This document shows, piece by piece, positions 55,018 to 64,000 of a DNA stretch of 64,000 nt. The stretch is from an uncultured Phycisphaerales bacterium (lineage in GTDB: Bacteria > Planctomycetota > B15-G4). The position numbers and the translations under genes are program-made. The DNA lies in NCBI GenBank assembly GCA_964490005.1, contig CAZBBB010000002.1:7299-71298 (forward strand), written 5' to 3'. The notes under the pieces were generated by a model. That model did no database searches and was not told the DNA's origin. It was given only the letters and a program-made list of their open reading frames with translations. Position 1 is the first letter of the stretch; the number at the start of each line of letters is the position of its first letter.

Positions 55018-57840
55018 ATGCGTGCCCTGCTCGTGCTCGTCGCCGCGTGCGCCGCCGCGCCGTACGGCGCGTCGCAGGGCGCGATCGCGACGATCACCGG
55101 CCAGTTCAGCGAGCCGCAGTTCGGCCGCGCCCTCGCGGGCGTCGGTGATCTCGACGGCGACGGCGTGCCCGACTTCGTCATCGCGCATCAGGACCCGGCG
55201 CAACCCGGCGAGGTCCACGCCTACTCCGGTGCGACGAGGCTCAGGCTCTGGACGGCGGTCGGTGACGGCACGGGCGACGACTTCGGCTGGTCGCTGGACG
55301 CGCTCGGCGACATCGACGGCGACGGCGTGCCCGATCTCGTCGTCGGCGCACCCGAGTTCTCGATGGGCGGCGCGGGCGCGGTGCACGTCCTGTCGGGCGC
55401 GGACGGAGTCACGCTCGAAAAGCTCGTCGGGCCATCGCCGGGGTCCCGCTTCGGAGTGTCGGTTGCCGGGCTCGGCGACGTGAACGGCGACGGCTCGGCC
55501 GACTTCGCCGTCGGCATCCCGGACGGGGACAGCTTCTTCTCGCAGACCGGACTCGTCGTCGTCGTGTCGGGGGGCACGTTCGCGACGCTGCACACGTTCG
55601 CGGGACTCTCGTCCGGAGACCACCTCGGCGGCTCGGTGGCCTGCGCCGGTGACGTCGATGCCGACGGAAGGCCCGACCTGATGGCGGGGACGGAGGACCA
55701 GTTCGGCGCAGGCGCCGACTACGCCCGCGTCTGGTCGCTCGCGAGCGGCGCGGTGCTGTACACGGTCATCGGAACGCAACTGGGCGACAGTACGGGCGAG
55801 CGCGTCGCGGGCGCGGGGGATGGCAACCGCGACGGGTACGCGGACTTCGCCGTCGCCGCTCCCGGATTCGACGGTGCTGCGGGCTTCGACGTCGGCCGGG
55901 TCGAGATCCGCTCGGGCCTCGACGGCTCGGTGCTGCATGCGATCGAGGGCGCAGCGGCGTTCGGCCGCCTCGGCAGCGCGCTCTCGTTCGCCGGCGACGT
56001 CGATGGCGATGGCCGGCCCGACGTGGCCGCGGCCGCGCCCTTCGAGGACGCGACCTTGGTCGGCGAGGGACGCGCCTGCGTCGTGTCGGGTCGCGACGGA
56101 TCGATCGTGCGCGCTTGGACGGGGCAGAGCGCGGGGGCCTGGTTCGGCTACTCGCTCGCGCGGATCGGGGATCTCGACGGCGACGGCTTCGACGAGTTGG
56201 CGGCCGGCGCGCCCGAGTTCGGCAACGGCGTCGTGCGCGTGCTGGCTGGTCGGTTGCCGCCCGCGCCGCTGCTCGCGATCCGCGGCGCGGCTTCGCTGCA
56301 GCAACTCGGCGCCAACGTGCTGGGCATTCCGGATCTCGATGCCGACGCGCATGACGATCTGCTCGTGAGCGACGCGACGGGCGTACGCGTGTACGGGTCG
56401 CTCAGCGGCGACCCGATCCTCGACCTCACGCCACCGGACGGCCACACGCTGAGTCTCGGCAGCGGGATGGCCCGCCTGGCCGACCTCGACGGCGACGGCG
56501 TCGACGAGTTCGCGGTCTCCGCTCCGAACTCGGGCGTGCTCGGCAACCCGAGCGGCGTCGTCCGCGTCTACTCCGGCGCGGACGCCGGCATCCTTCACGT
56601 GGTCACGGGAACGGGGGGCGAATTCGGGCGCGCGCTGCGGGCCGTGGGCGATGTGGACGGCGACGGCTTCGTGGACCTGCTGGCTGGCGCGCCCGACGAC
56701 GATACACAGGGCCACGACTGGGGCGCGGCCTTCGTGATCTCGGGTGCGAGCGGCGCGATCGTGCGAACGCTTCACGGCCCGACGCCCGGGTACCCCGAGA
56801 TCAACGGCACGCAATACGGCGAGGCCGTCGGTGCGGCCGGTGACGTGAACGGCGACGGTCATGCCGACCTGCTCGTGGGAGCGCCGGCAGACAACGTCGC
56901 CTTCGGAGGGGCCGGCAGGATCTGGGTGCACAGCGGACTGGACGGCTCGGTGCTCTACACCGTCGGCGGAACGCAGTTCGTCGATCGACTCGGGCGTGGT
57001 CTCGGCACGGTCGGCGACATCGACGGCGACGGCGTTCCCGACTTCGTCGCCGGCGCCGGCGGGCAGGACAACTTGAACGTCAAGGGTTCGTTGCGCGCCT
57101 ACTCGGGGGTGAACGGAGCCTTGCTCTGGAGCGTCACGCCCTCGCCGACTCATTTCGAACTCGGCGTGCCGATGCGCATCGACACCGATCTCGACGGCGA
57201 CGGTCTCCTCGATCCCGTCGTGGGCCACCCCTCCAACGGGCAAGCGGGCCCCGGAACGGGCGGCGTGCGCGTCCACTCGGGCCGCGACGGCGCGGTGCTG
57301 CGCATTCTGGGATGGAGCGACGACGGCAGCGATTTCCCCAAGCTCGGCGCCAGCGTGAGCTTCGTCCCGGATCTGGACGGGGACGCGTACTCCGAGATCG
57401 TCGCGACGGCGACCGGCGCCGACGTGCCCGGCAAGGACGCCGGTCTCGTGCTCGTGCATCGCGGCGTGCGGCCGGCCTTCTCGGGCCTGGGCCACGCGCT
57501 GCACGGCACGTGGGGCACGCCCAACCTGCACGCCGAGGGCGACCTGCTGCCGGGCACGCCGCTGGCCGTCACGCTGAACGGCTTGCGCGCGGGCCAGCTC
57601 GTCACGCTCGTCGTCGGCCTCGCCGACCTGTCGGCGCCCTTCAAGGGCGGGACGCTCGTGCCCTCCGTCGATGTCCTGCTGTGGCTCGCGACTGACGGCG
57701 ACGGCGCCGTGACGCTCTCGACGAGCTGGCCGGCCGGCATCCCGGGCACGGTCAGGTTGCGCATGCAGGGCTGGCAGGTCGACCCGGCCGGCCCGCTGGG
57801 TTTCGCCGCGAGCAACGCGCTGCTCGGCCGCACGCCCTGA
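55018..57840 (+). CDS. FG-GAP repeat secreted protein (940 aa, about 14 blades) with the shared C-terminal domain.
   Basis: Signal peptide [21 protein letters not shown]. Many FG.(A/S)(L/V)AG.GD(L/V)(D/N)GDG.(P/A)D(F/L)(V/A)(V/A)GAP repeats. C-terminus [11 protein letters not shown] ... WPAGIPG ... ASNAL. Confidence 0.85.
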   Translation: MRALLVLVAACAAAPYGASQGAIATITGQFSEPQFGRALAGVGDLDGDGVPDFVIAHQDPAQPGEVHAYSGATRLRLWTAVGDGTGDDFGWSLDALGDIDGDGVPDLVVGAPEFSMGGAGAVHVLSGADGVTLEKLVGPSPGSRFGVSVAGLGDVNGDGSADFAVGIPDGDSFFSQTGLVVVVSGGTFATLHTFAGLSSGDHLGGSVACAGDVDADGRPDLMAGTEDQFGAGADYARVWSLASGAVLYTVIGTQLGDSTGERVAGAGDGNRDGYADFAVAAPGFDGAAGFDVGRVEIRSGLDGSVLHAIEGAAAFGRLGSALSFAGDVDGDGRPDVAAAAPFEDATLVGEGRACVVSGRDGSIVRAWTGQSAGAWFGYSLARIGDLDGDGFDELAAGAPEFGNGVVRVLAGRLPPAPLLAIRGAASLQQLGANVLGIPDLDADAHDDLLVSDATGVRVYGSLSGDPILDLTPPDGHTLSLGSGMARLADLDGDGVDEFAVSAPNSGVLGNPSGVVRVYSGADAGILHVVTGTGGEFGRALRAVGDVDGDGFVDLLAGAPDDDTQGHDWGAAFVISGASGAIVRTLHGPTPGYPEINGTQYGEAVGAAGDVNGDGHADLLVGAPADNVAFGGAGRIWVHSGLDGSVLYTVGGTQFVDRLGRGLGTVGDIDGDGVPDFVAGAGGQDNLNVKGSLRAYSGVNGALLWSVTPSPTHFELGVPMRIDTDLDGDGLLDPVVGHPSNGQAGPGTGGVRVHSGRDGAVLRILGWSDDGSDFPKLGASVSFVPDLDGDAYSEIVATATGADVPGKDAGLVLVHRGVRPAFSGLGHALHGTWGTPNLHAEGDLLPGTPLAVTLNGLRAGQLVTLVVGLADLSAPFKGGTLVPSVDVLLWLATDGDGAVTLSTSWPAGIPGTVRLRMQGWQVDPAGPLGFAASNALLGRTP

Positions 57841-57978
57841 GCGACGCGCGGCTCCGTGGGGCCGTGCGGGCCCGCGACGAGCGCGGCGAGGCCGCTCGGC
57901 AGACCCTTCAAGCGGCGGCCGCATCGGGTGCGTCGGCGAACGGTGCTACGATCGGGGGCCCGGCGAGAGGAGACTTGC

Positions 57979-59544
57979 ATGGCCTTGCTGCGCTTCGGGT
58001 GGCGCCTTGTCGCGGCGTGCTTCGTGTGCGTCGCGGTCCAGGCTCAGTTCGAACTGTTCGCGACCGAGGGGACCGCGTTCGCTCCCGTCGGCGATCGCGA
58101 CGGAGACGGATGGGCCGATCTCGCGGTGCAGCTTCCGGCGCCTGATGCGGGAGTCGTGCGGATCGTCTCGTCGGCGCACAACTCGATCCTGCTGACGATC
58201 ACGGGCGATGCGGGTCCGAACTCGACCGTGAAGCTGGCCGCAGCGGGCGATCTCGATCAGGACGGCGCGGCCGACCTGATCGTGGCATCGCCCTTGTCCG
58301 ATCTCGGCGGCATCGATGCGGGCAGCGTGCGCATCGTGTCCAGCGTCGATGGATCGACGCTGCGGCTCCTCGTCGGCAGTGCGCCCAACCAGCAACTGGG
58401 TTGGCGTGTCGTCATGATCCGCGACGCCGACTTCGACGGCACGCCCGACTATCTCGTGGCGACGCGCTTCATTCCGCCGAAACAGAACGCCGACGTGATC
58501 CTCTACTCGGGCGCCACGGGAGCGCTGCTGCGCCAGTGGACGAGCGGTCCGCTCGACACGTCCTTCGGCAATCGAGTCTTCGCGCCCGGGGATCTCGACG
58601 CCGATGGTGCCGACGACGTCGCGATCTTCGCCGCTCCTGTCGGTTGGGAAGACCCCAGCCTGCGGGTCTACTCCAGCGTGAGCGGCGCGCTGCTCCGCGA
58701 GTTTCCGATCACCGATGCCGCGCGCGTGCTGGTCGCCGCCGGCGACCGGGACGGGGACGGACACGGCGACGTGATCGTTCCGAGCCTCTACATCGATTGC
58801 ACGGTCCGCCTCGTCTCGGGGGCGACCGGAGCGACGCTGCTCGAACTGGGCGACCCGGCCGCCGAATCCACCACCTTCCTCATGGGCCTGGGGCGAGCCG
58901 ATGACATCGACAAGGATGGCGTAGGAGACTTTCTGCTGGGCCTGTGGGCCGAACACCCGGAAGGCAGCGCCTCCGTCCACGTCGTCTCGGGCGCCTCGGG
59001 CGACGTGCTCTTCAAGGCCTACCCGACTCAATCAGCGCCCAACCTCGTCGGCACTTCCTGGCCCTACTGGGGAGAGTCGGTCGACACGATCGGCGACGCC
59101 AACGGTGACGGCGTGCCCGACTTCGCGGTGACGGGCGCCTCGCAACCGGTTCGCGTGATGTCGGGGATGAAGTCGCCGTGGACTCTTGTGTTCCTCTCGG
59201 ACTTCAGTCTCAAGAACTTTCTCGTGGGTACGACCCCACTGCTCCCGCTGAAGCCGGTCGGTCTCGACTCGAGCAAGCACACGCCCGGCAATCGCGTGTT
59301 CCTCATCGTCGGCACCTCGCTGCTGGCCCTCCCGTGGAAAGGCGGCACGCTCTTGCCGAACCCGGACCTGATCCTCGGCCCGTTCAGTGCCGACGCCGAC
59401 GGACACGTCGCCTTGAGCGGAACGTGGCCGCCGGGCCTGCCGGCCGGGTTCTCGACCTGGTATCAGACCTGGGAGCTGACGAGTTCCACACCGTCGGGTC
59501 TCAAGTGGTCCAACGGCTTGCATGGCGTCGCCTCGGACTTCTGA
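57979..59544 (+). CDS. FG-GAP repeat secreted protein (521 aa) with the shared C-terminal domain.
   Basis: Start at Met42 of the track ORF (MALLRFGWRLVAACFVCVAVQAQ), with a GAGAGGAGA RBS upstream. Blades include GDRDGDGWADLAV and GDLDQDGAADLIVASP. C-terminus LPWKGGTLLP ... WPPGLPAG ... WSNGL. Confidence 0.8.
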   Translation: MALLRFGWRLVAACFVCVAVQAQFELFATEGTAFAPVGDRDGDGWADLAVQLPAPDAGVVRIVSSAHNSILLTITGDAGPNSTVKLAAAGDLDQDGAADLIVASPLSDLGGIDAGSVRIVSSVDGSTLRLLVGSAPNQQLGWRVVMIRDADFDGTPDYLVATRFIPPKQNADVILYSGATGALLRQWTSGPLDTSFGNRVFAPGDLDADGADDVAIFAAPVGWEDPSLRVYSSVSGALLREFPITDAARVLVAAGDRDGDGHGDVIVPSLYIDCTVRLVSGATGATLLELGDPAAESTTFLMGLGRADDIDKDGVGDFLLGLWAEHPEGSASVHVVSGASGDVLFKAYPTQSAPNLVGTSWPYWGESVDTIGDANGDGVPDFAVTGASQPVRVMSGMKSPWTLVFLSDFSLKNFLVGTTPLLPLKPVGLDSSKHTPGNRVFLIVGTSLLALPWKGGTLLPNPDLILGPFSADADGHVALSGTWPPGLPAGFSTWYQTWELTSSTPSGLKWSNGLHGVASDF

Positions 59545-59575
59545 GGCGGGGCGAGGGGGTGCTGGGCGGCGCGGC

Positions 59576-59627
59576 CGAGGGCCTCTGAGCCGGAGGCGTC
59601 ACGTGGCCGGAGGCGAAGAGGCCCTCG
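59576..59627 (+). repeat. E2 hairpin element, copy b (between convergent genes).
   Basis: 11-bp arms cgagggcctct / agaggccctcg flank the core GAGCCGGAGGCGTCACGTGGCCGGAGGCGA (59587..59616). Confidence 0.75.
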
Positions 59628-59657
59628 AGCCAGCCGCCTCACGCTGACCGCCACCGT

Positions 59658-60875
59658 TCAGCGCACCTCGCCGAGCTTCACCGCGCGCTTCTCGCGCGCC
59701 GCGAGCAGGGCGGCGGCCAGCACGCGCTGCGTCTCCCACGCGTCGGCGATGTCGGGCAGGGGGACGGGCGGCTTGTCGCCCGAGAGCGTCGCGAGGATGT
59801 CGGCGGCCATGTTCACGAAGCCGTGCTCGTAGCCGAGCATGTGGCCCTCGGGCCACCAGCGCGCGACCCAGGGGTGGCTCGGGTCGGTGGCGACGATGCG
59901 GCGCCAGCCGGCGCTGCGCGCGCCGTCGGGCGCGTCGTGCAGCCACAGTTCGTTGAGCGATTCGAAGGAGAAGCGCAGGCTGCCCTTGCTGCCGTTGAGT
60001 TCGATCTCGTTGCCGTTGAGATGGCCCGGCGCGTTGCGCGTGGCTTCGAAGGAGCCGACCGCACCGCCCGAGAAGCCGGCGAGAAACAGCAGCGCGTCGT
60101 CGACGTCGCTCCTGCCGGTCGCGACGCGCGTACGCTTGCCGGCGGCCTGGCCCTTGCCGCGCTTGCCGACGCCGTCGCCGGCACCCGCGAGCGGCCGGCG
60201 CGGCACGAAGGTGCGCGCGGTCGCGCCGTGCACTTCGGTGATCTCTTCGCCGGTGAGGAAGCGCGCGAGATCGATCAGGTGCGCGTTGAGGTCGCCGTGC
60301 GCGCCGCTGCCGGCGAGCTTGCGTTGGAAGCGCCAGCTCAGCGGCGTGCCCGGGCCGCCCCAGCTCTGCAGGTAGCGCGCGCGGACATGGTGCAGCGTAC
60401 CGAGGCGCCCCTCGCGCACGAGTTGCCAGGCCAGCGCGGCGGCCGGGCAGCGGCGGTAGTTGAACCAGACGAAGCTGTGTTGCCCGCGACGGGCGGCGAG
60501 GCGCGCGGCATCGCGCAGCGCGCGCGCGTCGTCGAGCGCGCCGGCCAGCGGCTTCTCGATCGCGACGTGCTTGCCGGCGGCCAGCGCGGCCAGGCCCTGC
60601 GGCGCGTGCAGGTGGTTGGGCGTGCCGATGTCGACGAGGTCGACGTCGGGGTCGGCGACCGCGGCCTTCCAGTCGGTCGTGTGGCGGGCAAAGCCCCAGG
60701 TGGCGGCGAAGGCCGCCAGGCGCTTGGCGTCGCGCGCGGCGACGATCTCCAGCGACGGCTTGCGGCGGGTCTCGAAGAAGCGCCCGGCCTGCCCCCAGGC
60801 ATTGGCGTGCGCGCGGCCCATGAACTGCTGGCCGAGCAGCGCGACGCGCAGCGGCCCGGTCTGCGAAGATGCCAT
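59658..60875 (-). CDS. Gfo/Idh/MocA family NAD(P)-dependent oxidoreductase (ThuB-like).
   Basis: Start at MASSQTGPLRVALLGQQFMGRAHA (Rossmann G.G..G region), then EKPLA and GTPNHLH motifs. The upstream 252 codons of the track ORF overlap the thuA-like gene and are rejected. Confidence 0.85.
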   Translation of the reverse strand: MASSQTGPLRVALLGQQFMGRAHANAWGQAGRFFETRRKPSLEIVAARDAKRLAAFAATWGFARHTTDWKAAVADPDVDLVDIGTPNHLHAPQGLAALAAGKHVAIEKPLAGALDDARALRDAARLAARRGQHSFVWFNYRRCPAAALAWQLVREGRLGTLHHVRARYLQSWGGPGTPLSWRFQRKLAGSGAHGDLNAHLIDLARFLTGEEITEVHGATARTFVPRRPLAGAGDGVGKRGKGQAAGKRTRVATGRSDVDDALLFLAGFSGGAVGSFEATRNAPGHLNGNEIELNGSKGSLRFSFESLNELWLHDAPDGARSAGWRRIVATDPSHPWVARWWPEGHMLGYEHGFVNMAADILATLSGDKPPVPLPDIADAWETQRVLAAALLAAREKRAVKLGEVR

Positions 60876-60908
60876 GCGTCGAAACCCTCTTGAGGCGAGG
60901 CCCACAGG

Positions 60909-61694
60909 ATGACATCCCCGCGTCGTGTCGTGCAGCTTGCCGTCGGCCTGCTCGCGCTGAGTCTGCTCGCGGCCTGTTCGCCCGCGCCCGGCGGCTCGCC
61001 GAGCGGATCGGTGCCTCCGCGCCCCGTGCGCGTGCTGCTCGTGACGGGCGGCGGCTACCACGACTTCGAAGGCAACCCGCGGCTGCTGCTCGACGGGTTG
61101 CGCGCCGAGACCGACCTGCACTTCGACACGAGCGCCAAGCTCGGCGAGGGCGCGCCCGACGCGGCGGCCGCGCTGTCGCTGCTCGCCGCGCCCGACCTCG
61201 GCGACCGCTTCGACGCGCTGCTGCTCTACACGCAGGGCGAGCTGGGTTTCACCGACGCGCAGCAGCTCAACATCGCGCGCGCCGTGTCGCAGGGCCTGGG
61301 CGTCGTCGCGCTGCACTGCGCGCTCGACAGCCACCCGAACTGGCCGGCGGGCGACATGCTGCTCGGCGCGCGCTTTCAGTCCCACCCGCCCTTCGGGGAG
61401 ATCGAGGTCACGGTCGACATCGGCGATCACCCCGTGAGCGCGGGCCTGCCGACGAGTTGGTCGCTGCGCGACGAGTTCTATCACCTCGAGAAGGTCAAGC
61501 TCGAGGACGCCGCCGTGCTCATGACGGGCATCTCGCCGGCCGGCGGCGCGCGCCGCCCCGTCACCTGGGCCAAGACCTACGGCGAGGGCCGCGTCGTCGC
61601 CACGATCCTCGGCCACGGGCCCGAAACCCACGCCGACCCGCGCTACCGCCGCCTCGTCGCGCAGGCCCTGCGCTGGGTCGCCGCGCCGCGCTGA
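60909..61694 (+). CDS. ThuA-domain (trehalose-utilisation, class-I amidotransferase-like fold) lipoprotein.
   Basis: Lipobox LSLLAAC; VRVLLVTGGGYHDFEGN ... GVVALHCA ... W.KTYGEGRV. Divergent from the oxidoreductase gene, with 33 bp between start codons. Confidence 0.7.
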   Translation: MTSPRRVVQLAVGLLALSLLAACSPAPGGSPSGSVPPRPVRVLLVTGGGYHDFEGNPRLLLDGLRAETDLHFDTSAKLGEGAPDAAAALSLLAAPDLGDRFDALLLYTQGELGFTDAQQLNIARAVSQGLGVVALHCALDSHPNWPAGDMLLGARFQSHPPFGEIEVTVDIGDHPVSAGLPTSWSLRDEFYHLEKVKLEDAAVLMTGISPAGGARRPVTWAKTYGEGRVVATILGHGPETHADPRYRRLVAQALRWVAAPR

Positions 61695-61732
61695 GATCGA
61701 CCGCTTCGCGGGGATCGCCCGGGCGCCGCGCC

Positions 61733-61784
61733 CGGGGGTCTTCGAGCCGGAGGCGTCACGTGGCCGGAGGCGAGAAGACCCCCG
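61733..61784 (+). repeat. E2 hairpin element, copy c (between convergent genes).
   Basis: 11-bp arms cgggggtcttc / gaagacccccg flank the identical 30-nt core (61744..61773). Confidence 0.75.
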
Positions 61785-61808
61785 AGGCAGGCGCCCTCGA
61801 GGTCGACG

Positions 61809-63404
61809 CTACTTCGCCGCGCGCGGCGGCGGGGGGCGCTCGTCGTCGTTGGCGAGCAGCCAGGCGGTGTTGTAGACGAGGCGCGCGGTCCGGGCGCACT
61901 TGTCGACGTCGACCAGGTCGATGGTGTCGCGCCAGGTGTGGTAGTCGGCGTTCCTGCTGATCGGCAGGCCCTCGAAGAAGAACAGCACGGGGATGCCGAT
62001 GCGGTGGAAGGAGTAGTGGTCGCTGCGCTCGAACAGCTCGCGGCCCTCGTCGGTGACGAGCTTTCTGATCTTCGTCGGCTGCAGCTTGTTGGCGGCCTTG
62101 AGCAGCTTCTCGAAGCCCGGGTTCTCGGGCACGCCGAGGATCGCGACCTCGTCGGCCTCGCCGCGGCCGACCATGTCCATGTTGATCATGGCGATCAGCG
62201 CGTCCTTCGGGACGGGCGGCTGGTCGCACAGCGCGGCGCTGCCGAGCAGGCCGTCCTCTTCGGCGGCGAAGAAGCAGGCCAGGATCGAGCGGCGCGGCGG
62301 CTGCGCGCCCAGCGCGCCGGCCACCTCGAGCAGCGCGGCGCAGCCGCTGGCGTTGTCGTCGGCGCCGAAGCCGATGCGCGAGCGCGCGTCGACGCCGACA
62401 TGGTCGTAGTGCGCGCCGAGGACGACGTGCTCGGCGGCCAGCGCCTGGTCGGCGCCCGGCAGCCGCCCGACGATGTTGTCGATCGAGACCTCGGCGACCT
62501 CGCTCGCCGAGGACAGGCTCACGCGCCGCCCGCTGCGCACGGGCCTGGGCGGCTTGGCGGTCTTGTCGGCGGCGGCGGCGATCTCGAGCGGGTCGACGCC
62601 GAGGATGGCCTGCGCCGCCGCCGGCGTGATCTCGAGCACCGGGATCGCGACCGCGCTCGGCGCGTCGGGCGGGCGTCCGTCGGCCCAGCTCGCCCACGTG
62701 TGCCGAAAGCCCAGGCGCGCGGGCTCGGGGTCGGTCCAGCCGTTCTTCTTCGGCGGCGGCTCGGGCGGACGGCGCACGACGAGCACGCCCGCGGCCTTCT
62801 CCGACTCGAGCAGCACGAGCTTGGAGTACAGCTCGGCGGCCGGCGAGACCTCGGGCCCTTGCAAGCGGCTCTTGTGGCGCGGCTCGCCCTCGACGATCAC
62901 GGCCACGGTGCCGGCGACCTCGCCGGTGACGTCGTCGTACTTGTCGGCGTCGCTGTCGATGCCGAAGCCGAACAGCACGGCCTCGCCCGCGCCGGTGCCG
63001 TTGGCGAGCCAGACGGGGACGAAGTCCTCGCCGTAGGCGAAGGTGCGGGCCGCTTCGCCCTCGCCCTGCAGCGCGAGGGCGCACTGCGCGGGCAGCGGCG
63101 CGGGCAGTTTGCGCGAGAAGGGGATGCGGAAGGACCCGCCCTCGCCCGCGCCGGTGAATCCGGCCTGCTGCAGGCGGCCGATCAGGTAGTCGCCGGCGCG
63201 CGTCAGGCCGAGGCTCGGCGAGTCGCGCCCCTCGAGCGGCGCGCTCGCGAGGGCGACCAGATCGGCGCGCAACTCGTCCTCGGTGATCGTCGCGAAGCCG
63301 ACCGCCGGATCGGAGGCGGGCGGCGCGGCGGCGGCGGGCGCGGCCGCCAGCCACGCCGCCAGCAGCGAGGCGAGCAAGGGGTGCAGGGCGGGCGCGGCGC
63401 GCAT
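61809..63404 (-). CDS. M28 family aminopeptidase with a PA domain.
   Basis: Start at Met150 of the track ORF (MRAAPALHPLLASLLAAWLAAAPAAA). Motifs HVVLGAHYDHVG, GADDNASGCAALLEVA, FFAAEEDGLLGS, NMDMVG and SDHYSFH. Confidence 0.85.
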   Translation of the reverse strand: MRAAPALHPLLASLLAAWLAAAPAAAAPPASDPAVGFATITEDELRADLVALASAPLEGRDSPSLGLTRAGDYLIGRLQQAGFTGAGEGGSFRIPFSRKLPAPLPAQCALALQGEGEAARTFAYGEDFVPVWLANGTGAGEAVLFGFGIDSDADKYDDVTGEVAGTVAVIVEGEPRHKSRLQGPEVSPAAELYSKLVLLESEKAAGVLVVRRPPEPPPKKNGWTDPEPARLGFRHTWASWADGRPPDAPSAVAIPVLEITPAAAQAILGVDPLEIAAAADKTAKPPRPVRSGRRVSLSSASEVAEVSIDNIVGRLPGADQALAAEHVVLGAHYDHVGVDARSRIGFGADDNASGCAALLEVAGALGAQPPRRSILACFFAAEEDGLLGSAALCDQPPVPKDALIAMINMDMVGRGEADEVAILGVPENPGFEKLLKAANKLQPTKIRKLVTDEGRELFERSDHYSFHRIGIPVLFFFEGLPISRNADYHTWRDTIDLVDVDKCARTARLVYNTAWLLANDDERPPPPRAAK

Positions 63405-63515
63405 CGGCGAGAGTGTAACGATCGCTTGGCGCGCCGGCCGCCGCCCGCGCACAATCGTCCCGCCGTGGCGCGGGGGCGCGTTGCGCCCTGGCTCTTGTGG
63501 CTTGCGGAGCACGCG

Positions 63516-64000
63516 ATGACCGACCGACTCTCGGGCCGATCGCGGCTGCTCGCGCTCGTCCTGCTCGCGGCGGTCGTCGCGGCGGCGATCCGCTGGCTGC
63601 CGCTGCAGCAGGGCGTCGACTGGGTGCGCGGCCTGGGGCCGCTGGGCCCGGTGGCGCTGGGCGGGCTGTACGTGCTGGCCTGCGTGCTGTTCGTGCCGGG
63701 GACGCTCCTGACGCTGGCGGCGGGCGGGCTGTTCGGCGTGCTCGTCGGCTCGATCACGGTCTCGATCGCGAGCACGCTCGGCGCGACGGCGGCCATGCTC
63801 GTCGGCCGCACGCTCGCGCGCGGCTGGGTCGCGGGGCTCGTGGCGGGCCACGCGCGCTTCGCCGCCGTCGACGCCGCCGTCGCGCAGCAGGGTTTCAAGG
63901 TCGTGCTGCTCACGCGGCTCTCGCCGGTCTTTCCCTTCAACCTGCTCAACTTCGCCTACGGCCTGACGCGCGTCTCGGTGCGCGACTTCGCGCTGGCCTC
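63516..64000 (+). CDS. TVP38/TMEM64 (DedA/SNARE-associated) family membrane protein, N-terminal part. The ORF runs off the right edge.
   Basis: Own translation from ATG at 63516: MTDRLSGRSRLLALVLLAAVVAAAIRWLP ... LACVLFVPGTLLTLAAGGLFG ... LLTRLSPVFPFNLLNFAYGLT (family signature). Not in the track because it has no stop in the window. Confidence 0.7.
   Translation, partial: MTDRLSGRSRLLALVLLAAVVAAAIRWLPLQQGVDWVRGLGPLGPVALGGLYVLACVLFVPGTLLTLAAGGLFGVLVGSITVSIASTLGATAAMLVGRTLARGWVAGLVAGHARFAAVDAAVAQQGFKVVLLTRLSPVFPFNLLNFAYGLTRVSVRDFALA

Noticed and set aside
54622-57924. 1100-aa minus-strand ORF. Similar long shadow ORFs occur at 44730..47519, 36639..38462, 19509..21038 and 28822..30459, among others.
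   Set aside because: All are antisense to well-supported genes and have biased Arg/Ala/Gly composition with no recognisable motifs. This is the standard high-GC artefact.
59598-59604. CACGTG in the E2 core as an E-box-type or restriction-site signal in its own right.
   Set aside because: A 6-bp palindrome is expected by chance in GC-rich DNA. Its significance comes only from being embedded in the identical 30-nt core.
60876-61631. Upstream 252 codons of track ORF 59658..61631.
   Set aside because: Antisense to the ThuA-like gene and low-complexity. The Rossmann-fold N-terminus begins at Met 60875.

Overview
High-GC (about 70% by eye) bacterial chromosomal window. I support 43 protein-coding genes, one CRISPR array and two small families of intergenic hairpin repeats; I saw no rRNA or tRNA.

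Layout:
- 1-3.4 kb: two secreted repeat proteins, one of them an FG-GAP protein cut by the left edge.
- 3.7-16.4 kb: a complete type I-G (formerly I-U) CRISPR-Cas locus. The effector operon cas7(csb1)-csb2(cas5/6)-cas3-csb3 is on the minus strand. It faces away from cas4/cas1-cas2, which is followed by a 49-repeat, 48-spacer array of 36-bp repeats.
- 16.5-38.4 kb: a glycan-assembly region. It holds an SGNH/TPR protein, wzm-wzt ABC exporter, 2 GT2 and a GNAT. A 4-gene interruption follows (nhaA, alpha/beta hydrolase, DUF3050, DUF1579). Then comes a tightly coupled 9-gene operon: PIG-L, GT4, PIG-L, 3 GT2, 2 GT4 and a polytopic membrane protein.
- 38.6-44.8 kb: a 2079-aa secreted protein with seven near-identical 67-aa propeller blades.
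- 44.8-64 kb: 1-Cys peroxiredoxin, sulfatase-like/TPR protein and a secreted hypothetical. Next is an operon of TIM-barrel isomerase, NupG-like MFS and a PA14/propeller/DUF1080 protein. Then come two more FG-GAP proteins, a divergent Gfo/Idh/MocA + ThuA pair, an M28 peptidase and a TVP38/DedA-type protein cut by the right edge.

Most interesting observations:
1. The whole CRISPR-cas locus is bracketed by 135-bp direct repeats (132/135 identical). They duplicate the 3' end and terminator hairpin of the adjacent SGNH/TPR gene. This looks like attL/attR, but no integrase is visible inside.
2. Two families of intergenic hairpins (E1 and E2, three copies each) have a conserved central core and different, fully compensated stems.
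3. A roughly 80-aa C-terminal domain is shared by four otherwise different secreted proteins.
4. Three GT4 paralogs carry a conserved four-Cys insertion.

All family assignments come from motif recognition by eye; no searches were run.
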